DNA of 63,560 nucleotides, filler included, from Octopus bimaculoides (taxonomy: Eukaryota), in the NCBI RefSeq assembly GCF_001194135.2. It is 6 parts of 5 records of this genome, joined end to end, with 100 filler letters (N's around TTAATTAATTAA, not from the genome) between each part and the next. Parts side by side here need not be neighbours in the genome. Positions count along the whole stretch, not along the records: positions 1 to 7,990 come from NC_068993.1; positions 8,091 to 31,874 come from NC_069010.1; 4 more parts are not named here. The stretch is one strand, 5' to 3'. Shown here piece after piece: positions 1 to 12,597 of the stretch. Made by a program: the position numbers and the translations under genes. The notes beneath the pieces were generated by a model that saw only the letters and a list, made by a program, of their open reading frames with translations, was not told the DNA's origin and searched no databases. The stretch's first letter is position 1. Every line of letters begins with the position of its first letter.

Positions 1-392
1 ATATATATATATATATATATATATTGATATATAGATATAAATATAGATAGATGTATAGATATAAATATACATATATATACATATGCACAACGTACATATA
101 TTCGTATCTGAATATAAATGTAAGCAATATCTTGCACATTTATATCGACGCTCTGCAAAATATAAATTAGAATTGGTAATCAGTTGGAAAAAATGTTTAA
201 CCCACCTGGAAAATATCCATTACTGTGATACTAATTTACCAATGTTAGAAGATTGCTTTCTCAATAGATGATGATATCGAAATAGCCATTAGTTTTATAC
301 TTTCGTTTATATTGTTGTGTGTACGTTCAAAATTTATTTCTAGATCTATATGTATAACTGTATGGGTATGGGAGCATGCGTATCGATATACC

Positions 393-434
<42 letters not shown>

Positions 435-1374
435 TATGCGTGTGTGCGTGTAAGTATGTTTATTCCTATAGTTAATTGTGTCTATATGTAATATACGTAC
501 ATACGTTCGGATTGGGCATATATGTATATATTTTGTATGCGTGTGTTTGTGTGTATATGTCTGAGCATGGCTGCTGTTGTTTGTGCGTATATATATATAT
601 ATGTGTGTNNNNNNNNNNNNNNNNNNNNNNNNNNNNNNNNNNNNNNNNNNNNNNNNNNNNNNNNNNNNNNNNNNNNNNNNNNNNNNNNNNNNNNNNNNNN
701 NNNNNNNNNNNNNNNNNNNNNNNNNNNNNNNNNNNNNNNNNNNNNNNNNNNNNNNNNNNNNNNNNNNNNNNNNNNNNNNNNNNNNNNNNNNNNNNNNNNN
801 NNNNNNNNNNNNNNNNNNNNNNNNNNNNNNNNNNNNNNNNNNNNNNNNNNNNNNNNNNNNNNNNNNNNNNNNNNNNNNNNNNNNNNNNNNNNNNNNNNNN
901 NNNNNNNNNNNNNNNNNNNNNNNNNNNNNNNNNNNNNNNNNNNNNNNNNNNNNNNNNNNNNNNNNNNNNNNNNNNNNNNNNNNNNNNNNNNNNNNNNNNN
1001 NNNNNNNNNNNNNNNNNNNNNNNNNNNNNNNCCTCCTCGTCCTAATCCGCATCATCATCATCATTCTACATTATCAACATTAATTCTACGGTGACAATAA
1101 GGATGATGATAATGAAGTGGATGATGATGATTATGATGATGAGGATGAGGAGGAGGAGGGGGCAGGGGGAGGAGGAAAGAGAGGAGGAGGAAGGAGAGGA
1201 GGAGGTGGAGGAGGAGGAGAAATAATAGGATAATGATTACCGCCCCCCCCTGTCCTCATTGTTTCCCTCGTCGTCTCTTCTATTATCACCATTTTCTTCA
1301 ACGTGAAGGTCAATACAAGGTGAAAATTGTCATCACAATCATCATCGTCGTCGTAGTAGTAGCCATCATAATAC

Positions 1375-1562
1375 TTTCTACTAAAGGCACAAGGCCTGAA
1401 ACTGCTGGGTGTGGGATAGTCGATTACTGGTACTCAATTTATTCACGCCGAATGTGTGAAAGGCAAAGTCGACCTTGGCGGAATTTGAAACTCAGAACGT
1501 AACCACAGACGAAATACCGCTAAGCGGTTCGCCCGGAATGCAAACGATTCTGCCAGCTCACA
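1375..1562 (-). mobile_element. tRNA-derived SINE, family C (head GAGCTGGCAGAATCGTT...GAGTTCAAATTCCGCC)
   Basis: A/B-box-like head and shared body. Other copies at about 32805-33003(-), 33030-33222(+), 33245-33478(-), 41365-41482(+), 41742-41950(+) and 60490-60718(-). Confidence 0.8.
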
Positions 1563-1623
1563 AACTTGTCATCGTTGTCATCATAGTTATATTCATTGTT
1601 AGCCGTTGCCATTGTCGCCGTCA

Positions 1624-2030
1624 TCTATATATATATAAAAATGAGAATGTTTGGCTGTGTGTCTGTGCGTCTGTGTGTGCCTGTGCGTATGTGTGTGTGT
1701 CTGTGTGAATCCCTAAAACTCTAGAACTACACCACCAATTTCATTCAAATTTTACACATGCCTTACTTAGGGTCCCGGTTGTGTTTTAGTCAAAATATTT
1801 TTTTAACTTCTTGCATATTTCGAGCCCACAGAAACATAAAATATCCTCCACTATTTAAGTATTACGTGTCAAAAGTGAAACAAAAACACTCATGTCAAAT
1901 ACTTTCACTTTAAAAATGAAACTTTTCCACTATTTCAGTATCAAAACTGAAACAATCACATTTCGATACTGTAATTTTGTGGGGATTAATTTACACTGCA
2001 TACGAAAATACAGACATATTATCACGGTAC
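1624..2030 (+). mobile_element. 5' part of a non-autonomous Helitron-like element
   Basis: Starts A|TCTATATATATATAAAAATGAGAATG followed by a (TG)n-like tract, the layout typical of non-autonomous Helitrons. No 3' hairpin/CTAG is visible before the gap. Confidence 0.5.
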
Positions 2031-3428
2031 GTTATTCAACAGTCACAGATCTACGCATACATACCTGACGACTGACATGCGTGAAGTGTCAATNNNNNNN
2101 NNNNNNNNNNNNNNNNNNNNNNNNNNNNNNNNNNNNNNNNNNNNNNNNNNNNNNNNNNNNNNNNNNNNNNNNNNNNNNNNNNNNNNNNNNNNNNNNNNNN
2201 NNNNNNNNNNNNNNNNNNNNNNNNNNNNNNNNNNNNNNNNNNNNNNNNNNNNNNNNNNNNNNNNNNNNNNNNNNNNNNNNNNNNNNNNNNNNNNNNNNNN
2301 NNNNNNNNNNNNNNNNNNNNNNNNNNNNNNNNNNNNNNNNNNNNNNNNNNNNNNNNNNNNNNNNNNNNNNNNNNNNNNNNNNNNNNNNNNNNNNNNNNNN
2401 NNNNNNNNNNNNNNNNNNNNNNNNNNNNNNNNNNNNNNNNNNNNNNNNNNNNNNNNNNNNNNNNNNNNNNNNNNNNNNNNNNNNNNNNNNNNNNNNNNNN
2501 NNNNNNNNNNNNNNNNNNNNNNNNNNNNNNNNNNNNNNNNNNNNNNNNNNNNNNNNNNNNNNNNNNNNNNNNNNNNNNNNNNNNNNNNNNNNNNNNNNNN
2601 NNNNNNNNNNNNNNNNNNNNNNNNNNNNNNNNNNNNNNNNNNNNNNNNNNNNNNNNNNNNNNNNNNNNNNNNNNNNNNNNNNNNNNNNNNNNNNNNNNNN
2701 NNNNNNNNNNNNNNNNNNNNNNNNNNNNNNNNNNNNNNNNNNNNNNNNNNNNNNNNNNNNNNNNNNNNNNNNNNNNNNNNNNNNNNNNNNNNNNNNNNNN
2801 NNNNNNNNNNNNNNNNNNNNNNATATATACACACATATATATATATACGTATACTGCTTTAGGGTGCCAGCCGGCAAGGGCAATAAGAATATTAATATAT
2901 TTGATGTTGGCAATTACATCTAATTGGTTTTAGTAATAAAAATTAAATATTATCCATTAACGCATTATTATTGTTGTTGTTGTTGTTACTGTTATTTTAA
3001 TATCTGTCTTATTGATCTATGAACATACTGTGTCTACACTTTCAAAGTTTTCTCTTGAATATACTATCCCTGCTGAATATCTGACAGATATCTTATCGCT
3101 TTTTGAATGAAGTAAAGCGAAGTCGATCTGTGTTTGAACTCAAATTATAAATTTTCCTCATTGAATACCACGAAATTCTGACAGTCTATCGATTACATTA
3201 CCGACATTTCAACATACATTTGTATACAACGGACGGAATTCTATGTTGTTCATATTTATCAGGTTTCATTGGGGAGGCTTTGGTCGACTGAGGATGTGAT
3301 TGAACCATGAGATTGCAAAATGAACTGTTTAACCATATGGGCATACCAACAGGTCCACAAATACAAACACACATACATAGATACATACATACATACATAC
3401 ATACAAACATACATACAAACATACATAC

Positions 3429-3485
<57 letters not shown>

Positions 3486-3911
3486 TCTGTNNNNNNNNNN
3501 CGTCTGTGTAGGTATATATATATATATACACACATATGTGTGCATGTTTTGTGTCTCTATGCATACGTGCCAGCACGTGTATTTATGTGTGTGCACATAA
3601 ATACAGTGTGTTTAAGATTTTACTTTGAAGAATTGGTCTACACTTGGATGATGAATGGTCTTGGACTTGAGGGAATAAGTTTACCGAAACGCTTCCAGAC
3701 ACCTCCCAATATGTTTCTCCGGAAACCCTTGCGATTGAGATTTCAAAACTGTTAGTAGCTTTATATGCATTTCTCATGAGAATACCACGGAACCAGTGTA
3801 GCTCGTATTGGGTAATCTGGGCCTACCTTCTACACAAACAGTGATATACGTAATTCATGCACACATACATGCACACTTATGGACACACATATTTCTGATA
3901 GATAGATAAAT

Positions 3912-3961
<50 letters not shown>

Positions 3962-3981
3962 CAGACAAATAGATAGAGAGA

Positions 3982-4061
<80 letters not shown>

Positions 4062-4249
4062 TGCAGGTAGGTATGTGTGCTTGTTTTCAAATTGGGAGCA
4101 GTTTTTTGTTACGAATATTTTACTTTCAAAGATACGGAATACACGACTGCGTTTCAGTTAAGTTTTGTAATTTAGAATCTGGCATATTTCCTTGCTAATC
4201 CATTATGTTTAGTTTTGAATAATAGCCTGGTTGCGTTTTATACTGGCTG

Positions 4250-4610
4250 CGTTTTCTTGTGACTTGCACACTTTCATGTAACAGATTCCAAAGCCGGAGT
4301 CACGATGTCAAAAGTTCAGCATTAGATTTTGTGAGAGCGAGGTCTCTGATAAGGTCTTTTTGGTTGGGGTAGTATGGGTTTCCCTCTTTCACTGCACTTC
4401 TGAAATTTGTATCAATGATTACAATCTCTTCTGGTGTGTTGCTCTCTTCTGAAGATGGCTGCTCTCTCTTTGGATGAGTGGGCACTGGGATCTCAGAGCA
4501 GTGTGGCACCTAGTGTCATTGATGATAGAAGGTCTGGATATCTGATAGCAGGTGCATTATTGCTAGCTCGACGTTTGGCGGTGTCAGACATGCACAGGAA
4601 GCGTTCTTTA
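4250..4610 (-). mobile_element. Degenerate DNA-transposon transposase fragment (CMC/Chapaev3-like; family assignment tentative)
   Basis: Frameshifted reading ...CMSDTAKRRASNNAPAIRYPDL..PHCSEIPVPTHP...NPYYPNQKDLIRDLALTKSNAELLTS*LRLWNLLHESV matches from memory a widespread metazoan transposase motif (DLIRDLGLTKSNAELLTSRLKQWNLL). Confidence 0.55.
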
Positions 4611-4729
4611 TGTTGTTTGTTTTGATTTCCATTTGTGTATTTCGTTGGTCGAAAGAATAGTTCATGTTCCATGTACTCGTGCTTCGTATTTTTTGTTGTA
4701 CATGTTCCATGACGTCCTGTGCCCACATA

Positions 4730-4805
<76 letters not shown>

Positions 4806-5219
4806 TATGTATTTATTTTCTCCTATTGTCTATATATATATATGTACATATACGTATGTATATATGCATATATTATTACATACATACATACGTAGGTGGG
4901 CATTCGTATATGTGTGTGACTGGGACGTGGTATGTATGCATACCTGAGCGTCACCTGCCATTAAGAGCTTAACAGAAAGTATATACATGTGTGTGGAGGT
5001 GTATTTATATAACTGAACATTTTGAATAGTACGCACCCTCACTTCAGGTTAAATAGAAATGTACGCAACCATATTGTTAGTATATTAGAAATATAGGGAA
5101 GAAAGATGAGAGATATCTTCAGATAGACCTTTTTACAGATTTGTTTTATCAGTAGAGAAGACGTATGCGCTTGAGTAAAGGACAAAGAATGGGAAGTTCA
5201 TGAAAAACTCTGTTTTTGT

Positions 5220-5592
5220 AGTTGGCACTCCATCACTTACGACGTCGAGGGTCCCAGTTGATCCGATCAACGGAACAGCCTGCTCGTGAAATTAACGTGC
5301 AAGTGGCTGAGCACTCCACAGACACGTGTACCCTTAACGTAGTTCTCGGGGATATTCAGCGGGACAAAGTGTGACCCTTTGAATTACAGGCACAACAGAA
5401 ACAGGAAGTAAGAGTGAGAGAAAGTTGTGGTGAAAGAGTAAAGCAGGGTTCGCCACCATCCCCTGCCGGAGCCTCGTGGAGCTTTAGGTGTTTTCGCTCA
5501 ATAAACACTCACAGCGCCCGGTCTGGGAATCGAAACCGCGACCCTGTGACCGCGAGACCGCTGCCCTACCCACTGGGCTATTGCGCCTCCAC
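5220..5592 (-). mobile_element. tRNA-derived SINE, family E (head GTGGAGGCGCAATRGCCCAGTGG...GGTTTCGATTCCCAGACC)
   Basis: A and B boxes on the minus strand. Near-identical copy at 8130-8418(-) and a related partial copy at 43300-43435(-). Confidence 0.8.
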
Positions 5593-5932
5593 TGTTTTTG
5601 TAGTACGTCAGTTGTATAAGACAAATGTTTACGTTGCTTTTTCATTTTTTTTTTTTGGTTTTCTTGTTTATCAACATATATCGTTTCAGTAATGCTGAGC
5701 GTCAAGAGGTCAAATGAGCAAATATATCTATCCATTGCGGACAGAACAAAATTTACGACTACCCCAGCAGCCGCTTATGTGCACGATTGTTCGCGAAAGA
5801 AGGTCGTTTACGAATCTGAGGAGTGGGCAAACTAAAAAGTTGTCACTGGACGCTTTCCTTTTTTTCAGCGCACTATCGGCACAGAAAGAATGTGCTTACA
5901 AGCATTTAAACAAAATAGAGGCTTTCATATAC

Positions 5933-5967
<35 letters not shown>

Positions 5968-7619
5968 CACATACATATCTATATATACGTATATGCATAT
6001 ATATATATATATGTATATATATACATATGACTATACACATATATACACATACATACTGATACCCATATACATACTTATACGTTTCCTCGTTTCTTTAAAC
6101 GCATTTGTTAAAAGTGCGTGACTAAATACGATCATGTATTTTTTTTACGTGTGTAAGTGAATATCTCTGTAACTGAGCGGATCTGTATATCTGTACATGT
6201 GCGTTTCTTTGTATGTGTTAGAAGCAGTGTGTGTGTGTGTAGGGATTCGTATTCGTAAGTGTCATGTAAAAGTATTCTGATCATTTTTCATTACATTACT
6301 CATATAGCATGGGATTGAGGAGGCATATATATATATATCTTACGTAGTGGCGTCTGGGAAAATATTTTTTCAAGATAAATGTACAACACGTAGACACTAA
6401 GATACCCATAGACATAAAATTACATACTTTCATACATACATACACACACATACACACCCGAACACATATGCGCGCACAAACACACACATACAGAGATTAT
6501 GACGCATATATTACTCGTATACGTTCGCTTATAACTTTAATGTTATAGACACGTTGAATTACCAAGTATTAATTCATATATATATATATATATACACACA
6601 CATATATATNNNNNNNNNNNNNNNNNNNNNNNNNNNNNNNNNNNNNNNNNNNNNNNNNNNNNNNNNNNNNNNNNNNNNNNNNNNNNNNNNNNNNNNNNNN
6701 NNNNNNNNNNNNNNNNNNNNNNNNNNNNNNNNNNNNNNNNNNNNNNNNNNNNNNNNNNNNNNNNNNNNNNNNNNNNNNNNNNNNNNNNNNNNNNNNNNNN
6801 NNNNNNNNNNNNNNNNNNNNNNNNNNNNNNNNNNNNNNNNNNNNNNNNNNNNNNNNNNNNNNNNNNNNNNNNNNNNNNNNNNNNNNNNNNNNNNNNNNNN
6901 NNNNNNNNNNNNNNNNNNNNNNNNNNNNNNNNNNNNNNNNNNNNNNNNNNNNNNNNNNNNNNNNNNNNNNNNNNNNNNNNNNNNNNNNNNNNNNNNNNNN
7001 NNNNNNNNNNNNNNNNNNNNNNNNNNNNNNNNNNNNNNNNNNNNNNNNNNNNNNNNNNNNNNNNNNNNNNNNNNNNNNNNNNNNNNNNNNNNNNNNNNNN
7101 NNNNNNNNNNNNNNNNNNNNNNNGGGGGGGGGGGGTAATTGGAAATATAAGGAATAGCTTCTTTTTTTTCCATTCGAGAAACACGATTTGAGTCTACTGC
7201 AAAAGTAAAGAAAATAATTACGCTAGCGGATTTCTCTCACCGAAGACATAAAAATGATATGTTTGCGAAGAGTTTTTAGCATACTTACGCCTTCCTCAGT
7301 AAAGCCGTGCCCATGTTTTGTTTAGGGAGTGATAAGCAACAGTTTACAGTGATGCAAGCAAGGTATTTGCTTTGTACGTGGTATCTAAAGTTGTGTATAA
7401 TCTTAATGTGTGCCTTATGTTCATAGATTATCCAAAAGCGTTACGTCACTCATTTATATACATATGTATTCTCTTGTCGTAAAAGACAAATGGGGAGTCA
7501 CTAAAATAAAGGGTTAATCATGTACTATGGACATGAATGTGTCTTTAGCAGGAATGCTTGGTACGTGTTTTCAGTACATACATTGTTATGAAAATGCAAC
7601 AACTCGATTTCAATAGCTA

Positions 7620-7955
7620 CGAATTTGAAATGGGTCGAATGTTGGCCGACAAGAAATGTTCATCGACCATGACTCAGATATAAGAAGTGGAACAGTAACC
7701 TTTCAGCAGTAAATATATCTCACAACAATTTTGTGCAAACCGCCTTGGAGCGAATAAAATGGACAACGTCGTGTCAAAATGGTACAATGGACTTTGTCTC
7801 AACTAGCATTAACAGGTTGAGGGGTGAAAGAAAAAGAAGGAGAGTGGCAAAAATATGCAAACTCCAGTAAACCGTAACCGTCATTCTTGCAACATCTGCG
7901 GGCTTTTATGCAAATCATTGTTTGGATTTAAGAGTCACATTCGACATAAGCATTA
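7620..7955 (+). mobile_element. 3' end of RTE (BovB-like) LINE, degenerate
   Basis: Terminal C2H2-like motif HSCNICGLLCKSLFGFKSHIRHKH preceded by decayed RTE C-terminal-like sequence. Confidence 0.55.
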
Positions 7956-8034
7956 TGACCCTCATATACATATATACTTATATATATATANNNNNNNNNN
8001 NNNNNNNNNNNNNNNNNNNNNNNNNNNNNNNNNN

Positions 8035-8046
8035 TTAATTAATTAA
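8035..8046. other. Assembly gap spacer TTAATTAATTAA between N runs (artefact)
   Basis: Identical 12-mer flanked by 44-N runs, also at 31919-31930, 50922-50933, 58368-58379 and 62387-62398. Confidence 0.95.
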
Positions 8047-8549
8047 NNNNNNNNNNNNNNNNNNNNNNNNNNNNNNNNNNNNNNNNNNNNGATGAGTTCA
8101 TGAACCTTGGTTCCCTAAAACTATATATTCCACAGACACGTGTACCCTTAACAAAGTTCTCGGGGATATTCAGCGTGACACAGAGTGTGACAAGGCTGGC
8201 CCCTTTGAATTACAGGTACAACAGAAACAGGAAGAAAGAGTGAGAGAAAGTTGTGGTGAAAGAATACAGCAGGGTTCGCCACCATCCCCTGCCGGAACCT
8301 CGTGGAGCTTTAGGTGTTTTCGCTCAATAAACACTCACAACGCCCAGTCTGGGAATCGAAACCGCGATCCTATGACCGCGAGTCCACTGCCCTAACCACT
8401 GGGCCTTTGCGCCTCCACCAAACGGATAATAACATTGCATTAATCGAAGCAGTCGCATTCATTTGTGTGAATTTAGGAAAAGATGCGATGCTTATCAAAA
8501 AAACAAATTTGTACAAATAATGTTGGGAATCCTGTTATCCCAGCCCTGC

Positions 8550-9315
8550 CATAAATCCAGCATCAGCATCAATGGCTGCATTAGTACAGGGTCAGAAGTG
8601 TTGCCATGCCTGAATAAGAGGATCTTTATCAATTTTGGACAAGGGCTGGTTATGGCAGACTTAAGAGATTGTATTGTGTTATGGGGCTGTTGATTTATCT
8701 CTGTCTTGACTGGGTCCCATAATTAACAGTGGATTGAGGTCTGGTGAGCGAGGAGGCTATGTGTCTGCGAGAACATGATCGTGGAAATTGATGAGAATTC
8801 ACTTTTGAGTTGTCTTAGCCTTATGAGATGGCACCGAGTCTTGTTGGAAGGCGTACAATATTCCATTGCGTACTCTGTCTATCCAGGACCTTACAACTTT
8901 CTCCAGGACCTGTGTGTAGACAGCAGCATTGATTCTCAACGTCTGTGAAAAAAGAGAAATGAGGCATAACATCTCCTTCGCTGCTGACAACTCCCAGAAC
9001 CATCACAGTTGTTGGGAACTTATTAAGCTTGACCATCAGAACCTCATTCGGGTCCCTGCATAACCACCAGTTGTTCTTTTGGTTTTACTTCTTGATCCTG
9101 ATCAGAGTTTTTCTCATCAGAGAAAAGACAAAGCATTCCAGCCCCTTGGTGTTTTAACTTGTTTAAGCAAGCTTTTTGCATGGATCGGATAACTCTTTCT
9201 CATCCCATCTGACATAAACTGACCCCTCTGCATCACATACGGCTTATAACCGGATCTCCTCCTGCACAACTCTTCTGGTGGTGTACACTGAAACCTTGAG
9301 GTCCTTCGCAATGGG
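8550..9315 (-). mobile_element. Tc1/mariner transposase relic, maT (DD37D)-like catalytic region
   Basis: Frameshifted motifs YKPYVMQRGQFMS, DEKN (first D), FPTTVMVLGVVSSEGDVM, FQQDSVPSHKAKTTQ (second D), PPRSPDLNP and C-terminal IDKDPLIQA..AAIDADAGF. Confidence 0.85.
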
Positions 9316-9324
9316 GCTTTTTTT

Positions 9325-10592
9325 ATTCTTTTACTCTTTTACTTGTTTCAGTCATTTGACTGCGGACTCCTTTGCCGAACCGCCAAGTTACGGGGACGCA
9401 AACACACCCGCATCGGTTGTCAAGTGATGCTGGGGGACAAAAAGACACACAAACATACACACACATACATATATATACATATATATATATATATACACAT
9501 GTGGGATGCACTTCAGGACAAGTATATACATATATATATATACATATATATATATACATATATATATATACATATATACGAAGGGCTTCTTTCAGTTACC
9601 GTCTACCAAATCCACTCACAAAGCTTTGGTCGGTCCGAGGCTATAGTAGAAGACACTTGCCCAAGGTGCCATACAATGGGACTGAACCCAGGACAATGTG
9701 GTTGGTAGTCAAGCTACTTACCACACAGCCTCTCCTGCATTGGTAGATAAAGGTTCTTTTTTGTGTATTAAGACTACCATTGGTTCCATGTTAAGAAAAT
9801 GTCTCAACAGTTCTTTAAGCATGTCACATAGGAAAATTGGTGTTTGATTTTGTTTGGGTTTAAAACACGAAAAATGACATCAAGTCACAGTAAAGTCTTG
9901 CAGAAATTTTGGGGAAGCAGAAACAAGAAATCTAGGGGAACAACTCTTGGGTAACAACTCTTGGATGATTATCTCCCTTGACTTTTTGACTTGCGGAAAA
10001 AAAAATGTGTCGAATGATAAGTTTACTCTTTCACTCTTTTACTTGTTTCAATCATTTGACTGCGGCCACGCTGGGGCACCGCCTTTAGTCGAGCAAATTG
10101 ACCCCAGGACTTATTCTTTGTAAGCCTAGTACTTATTCTATCGGATACTTTTGCCGAACCGCTAAGTTAACGGGGACGTAAACACACCAGCATCGGTTGT
10201 CAAGCGATGTTGTGGGGACAAACACAGACACACAAACATATACACACATGCATATATGCATGTACATATATACGACGGGCTTCTTTCAGTTTCCGTCTAC
10301 CAAATCCACTCACAAGGCTTTGGTCGGCCCGAGGCTTATAGTAGAAGACACTTGCCCAAGATGCCACGTAGTAGGACTGAACACGGAACCATGTGGTTGG
10401 TAAGCAAGCTACTTACCACACAGCCACTCCCGTGTGTGTGACGGGCTTCTTTTAGTTTCCCTCCACCAAATCCACTGGCGGGGCATTTTGTCAAGCAGAG
10501 GCTATAGTAGAAGACACTTGCCCAAGATGCCACGTAGTAGGACTGAACCCGGAACCATGTGGTTGGTAAGCAAGCTACTTACCACACAACCA
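9325..10592 (-). mobile_element. Stack of co-oriented SINEs (family A heads and family B tails) inserted into the mariner relic
   Basis: Family B modules at 9325-9450 and 10025-10240. Family A (GGCTGTGTGGTAAG...CTTGGGCAAGTGTCTTCTACTATAGCC) at 9578-9740, 10272-10430 and 10440-10592. All are on the minus strand. Confidence 0.85.
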
Positions 10593-10815
10593 CGGACGTT
10601 TTCAATGAAGTTACGTGTTCTGATGGTATTAGGACCCTGTGCATGCGTTTTGCATTTAGCTGCTGATGTTGGGTCCCTGTCAACAGCTCCAGCTCCTTTT
10701 GAACTTTGACAGCAAATATCCAAGCAACTTTGAGGAAGCGAGCTACCTCTGTATCCCTATGCTTTGCTTTTAGGGGCATGATTATTGTGTGCCTTCTCAA
10801 CTCGATGTCTGGCAT
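10592..10815 (-). mobile_element. N-terminal (HTH) part of the same maT-like transposase
   Basis: MPDIELRRHTIIMPLKAKHRDTEVARFLKVAWIFAVKVQKELE... then (frameshift) TIRTRNFIENVR. The reading resumes at about 9315 after the SINE stack. Confidence 0.75.
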
Positions 10816-11070
10816 TATTTATCTGAAAATTAAGACGGTGAGCTGCCAGAGTCATTAACTCACAGGACAAAATGCTTAGCGGTATTATGCTCGTCACACC
10901 CAGGAAGATGTGGAATCTTTTGGTTAAATATGACCTTTGGTTGGTAGGTCTCATGGAGGAGATGACAAGTGTCTGAGACTTGTAGCAATTTGCTTGGCAG
11001 GAGAAGACATGTCAACCTTAATAAAATCATGTCCATCCACACACACGTTTGTCCTTTTTGGATATGCCAC

Positions 11071-11142
<72 letters not shown>

Positions 11143-11917
11143 TTATCTGAATTCTCTCAAAACTCCCAGAAAATGCCTCTCTACTCCCACTCTCACTCGT
11201 GTGCCTTTAACTCCTGCAGATTCCTCCACACTTTCTCATGTGTCTATNNNNNNNNNNNNNNNNNNNNNNNNNNNNNNNNNNNNNNNNNNNNNNNNNNNNN
11301 NNNNNNNNNNNNNNNNNNNNNNNNNNNNNNNNNNNNNNNNNNNNNNNNNNNNNNNNNNNNNNNNNNNNNNNNNNNNNNNNNNNNNNNNNNNNNNNNNNNN
11401 NNNNNNNNNNNNNNNNNNNNNNNNNNNNNNNNNNNNNNNNNNNNNNNNNNNNNNNNNNNNNNNNNNNNNNNNNNNNNNNNNNNNNNNNNNNNNNNNNNNN
11501 NNNNNNNNNNNNNNNNNNNNNNNNNNNNNNNNNNNNNNNNNNNNNNNNNNNNNNNNNNNNNNNNNNNNNNNNNNNNNNNNNNNNNNNNNNNNNNNNNNNN
11601 NNNNNNNNNNNNNNNNNNNNNNNNNNNNNNNNNNNNNNNNNNNNNNNNNNNNNNNNNNNNNNNNNNNNNNNNNNNNNNNNNNNNNNNNNNNNNNNNNNNN
11701 NNNNNNNNNNNNNNNNNNNNNNNNNNNNNNNNNNNNNNNNNNNNNNNNNNNNNNNNNNNNNNNNNNNNNNNNNNNNNNNNNNNNNNNNNNNNNNNNNNNN
11801 NNNNNNNNNNNNNNNNNNNNNNNNNNNNNNNNNNNNNNNNNNNNNNNNNNNNNNNNNNNNNNNNNNNNNNNNNNNNNNNNNNNNNNNNNNNNNNNNNNNN
11901 NNNNNNNNNNNNNNNNN

Positions 11918-11979
11918 GTTTGAATCCAGATCTGGGAACCGTCCCCACTCGACGCCTGTCGGACATGAATAGATACACT
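11918..11979 (-). CDS. Chitin-binding protein, exon 4 (start of a second CBM14 module; rest lost in gap 11248-11917)
   Basis: Acceptor cctatatttttcag|AG at 11979, phase 1, matching the exon 3 donor. Reads ECIYSCPTGVEWGRFPDLDSN, the C-x(n)-FPD start of a peritrophin-A domain. Confidence 0.75.
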
Positions 11980-12031
11980 CTGAAAAATATAGGTAGAAGT
12001 AATGAATTAATTACTGGTATGTGCGTGTGTG

Positions 12032-12084
<53 letters not shown>

Positions 12085-12360
12085 ATATATATGTGTGTGT
12101 GTGTGTGTGTGTGCATATGTGTGTGTTTGTATGTGCGTGTATATATGTGTATATTTATGTATGTGTATATATGTATATGTATGTGTGTGTATGTATGTGT
12201 GTGTATATATGTGTGTGTGTATGTATGTATGTGTGTGTGTATGTATGTATGTGTGTGTATATGTATGTGCGTATGTATATATGTATGTTTGTATATATGT
12301 GGTTGGGAAGCAAGCTTCTGACCACACAGCCACACCTGTGAAATAAATATATACACTCAC

Positions 12361-12597
12361 CTGAGGGTGTGTTGTGACTACGAGGTGTGGTCGGTGGTTC
12401 CTGTGGCAGCCAATGAGACGTGTTACCACACACCACATTCCATGGCCAATCGCAGACATGCAGATTCGGGTTGAAGTGAAGATTGGCAGGACATTTCTTG
12501 ACAAACACTGTCATGTCGTCGAAGCAGCGCACATAGCGGCCGCAGTCACCGGACGGGTGGGGCGTCCAGTCTCGGCAGATACTCTGAATAGGGGTCA
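12361..12597 (-). CDS. Chitin-binding protein, exon 3: CBM14/peritrophin-A (ChtBD2) domain plus Pro/Thr linker
   Basis: Symmetric phase-1 exon of 237 nt (gacattgcag|TG...TCAG|gtgagt). Reads VTPIQSICRDWTPHPSGDCGRYVRCFDDMTVFVKKCPANLHFNPNLHVCDWPWNVVCGNTSHWLPQEPPTTPRSHNTPS, with six Cys spaced C-x10-C-x5-C-x10-C-x12-C-x7-C. Confidence 0.92.

Noticed and set aside
396-2923. Long ORFs spanning N runs and His/Thr, Ile/Tyr, Val/Cys-rich ORFs throughout the track
   Set aside because: They are translations of gaps and (CA)n, (TA)n, (TATG)n microsatellites.
8035-8046. Recurrent palindromic TTAATTAATTAA (five occurrences)
   Set aside because: It is always centred in a 100-bp block of Ns. This is an assembler spacer, not biology.
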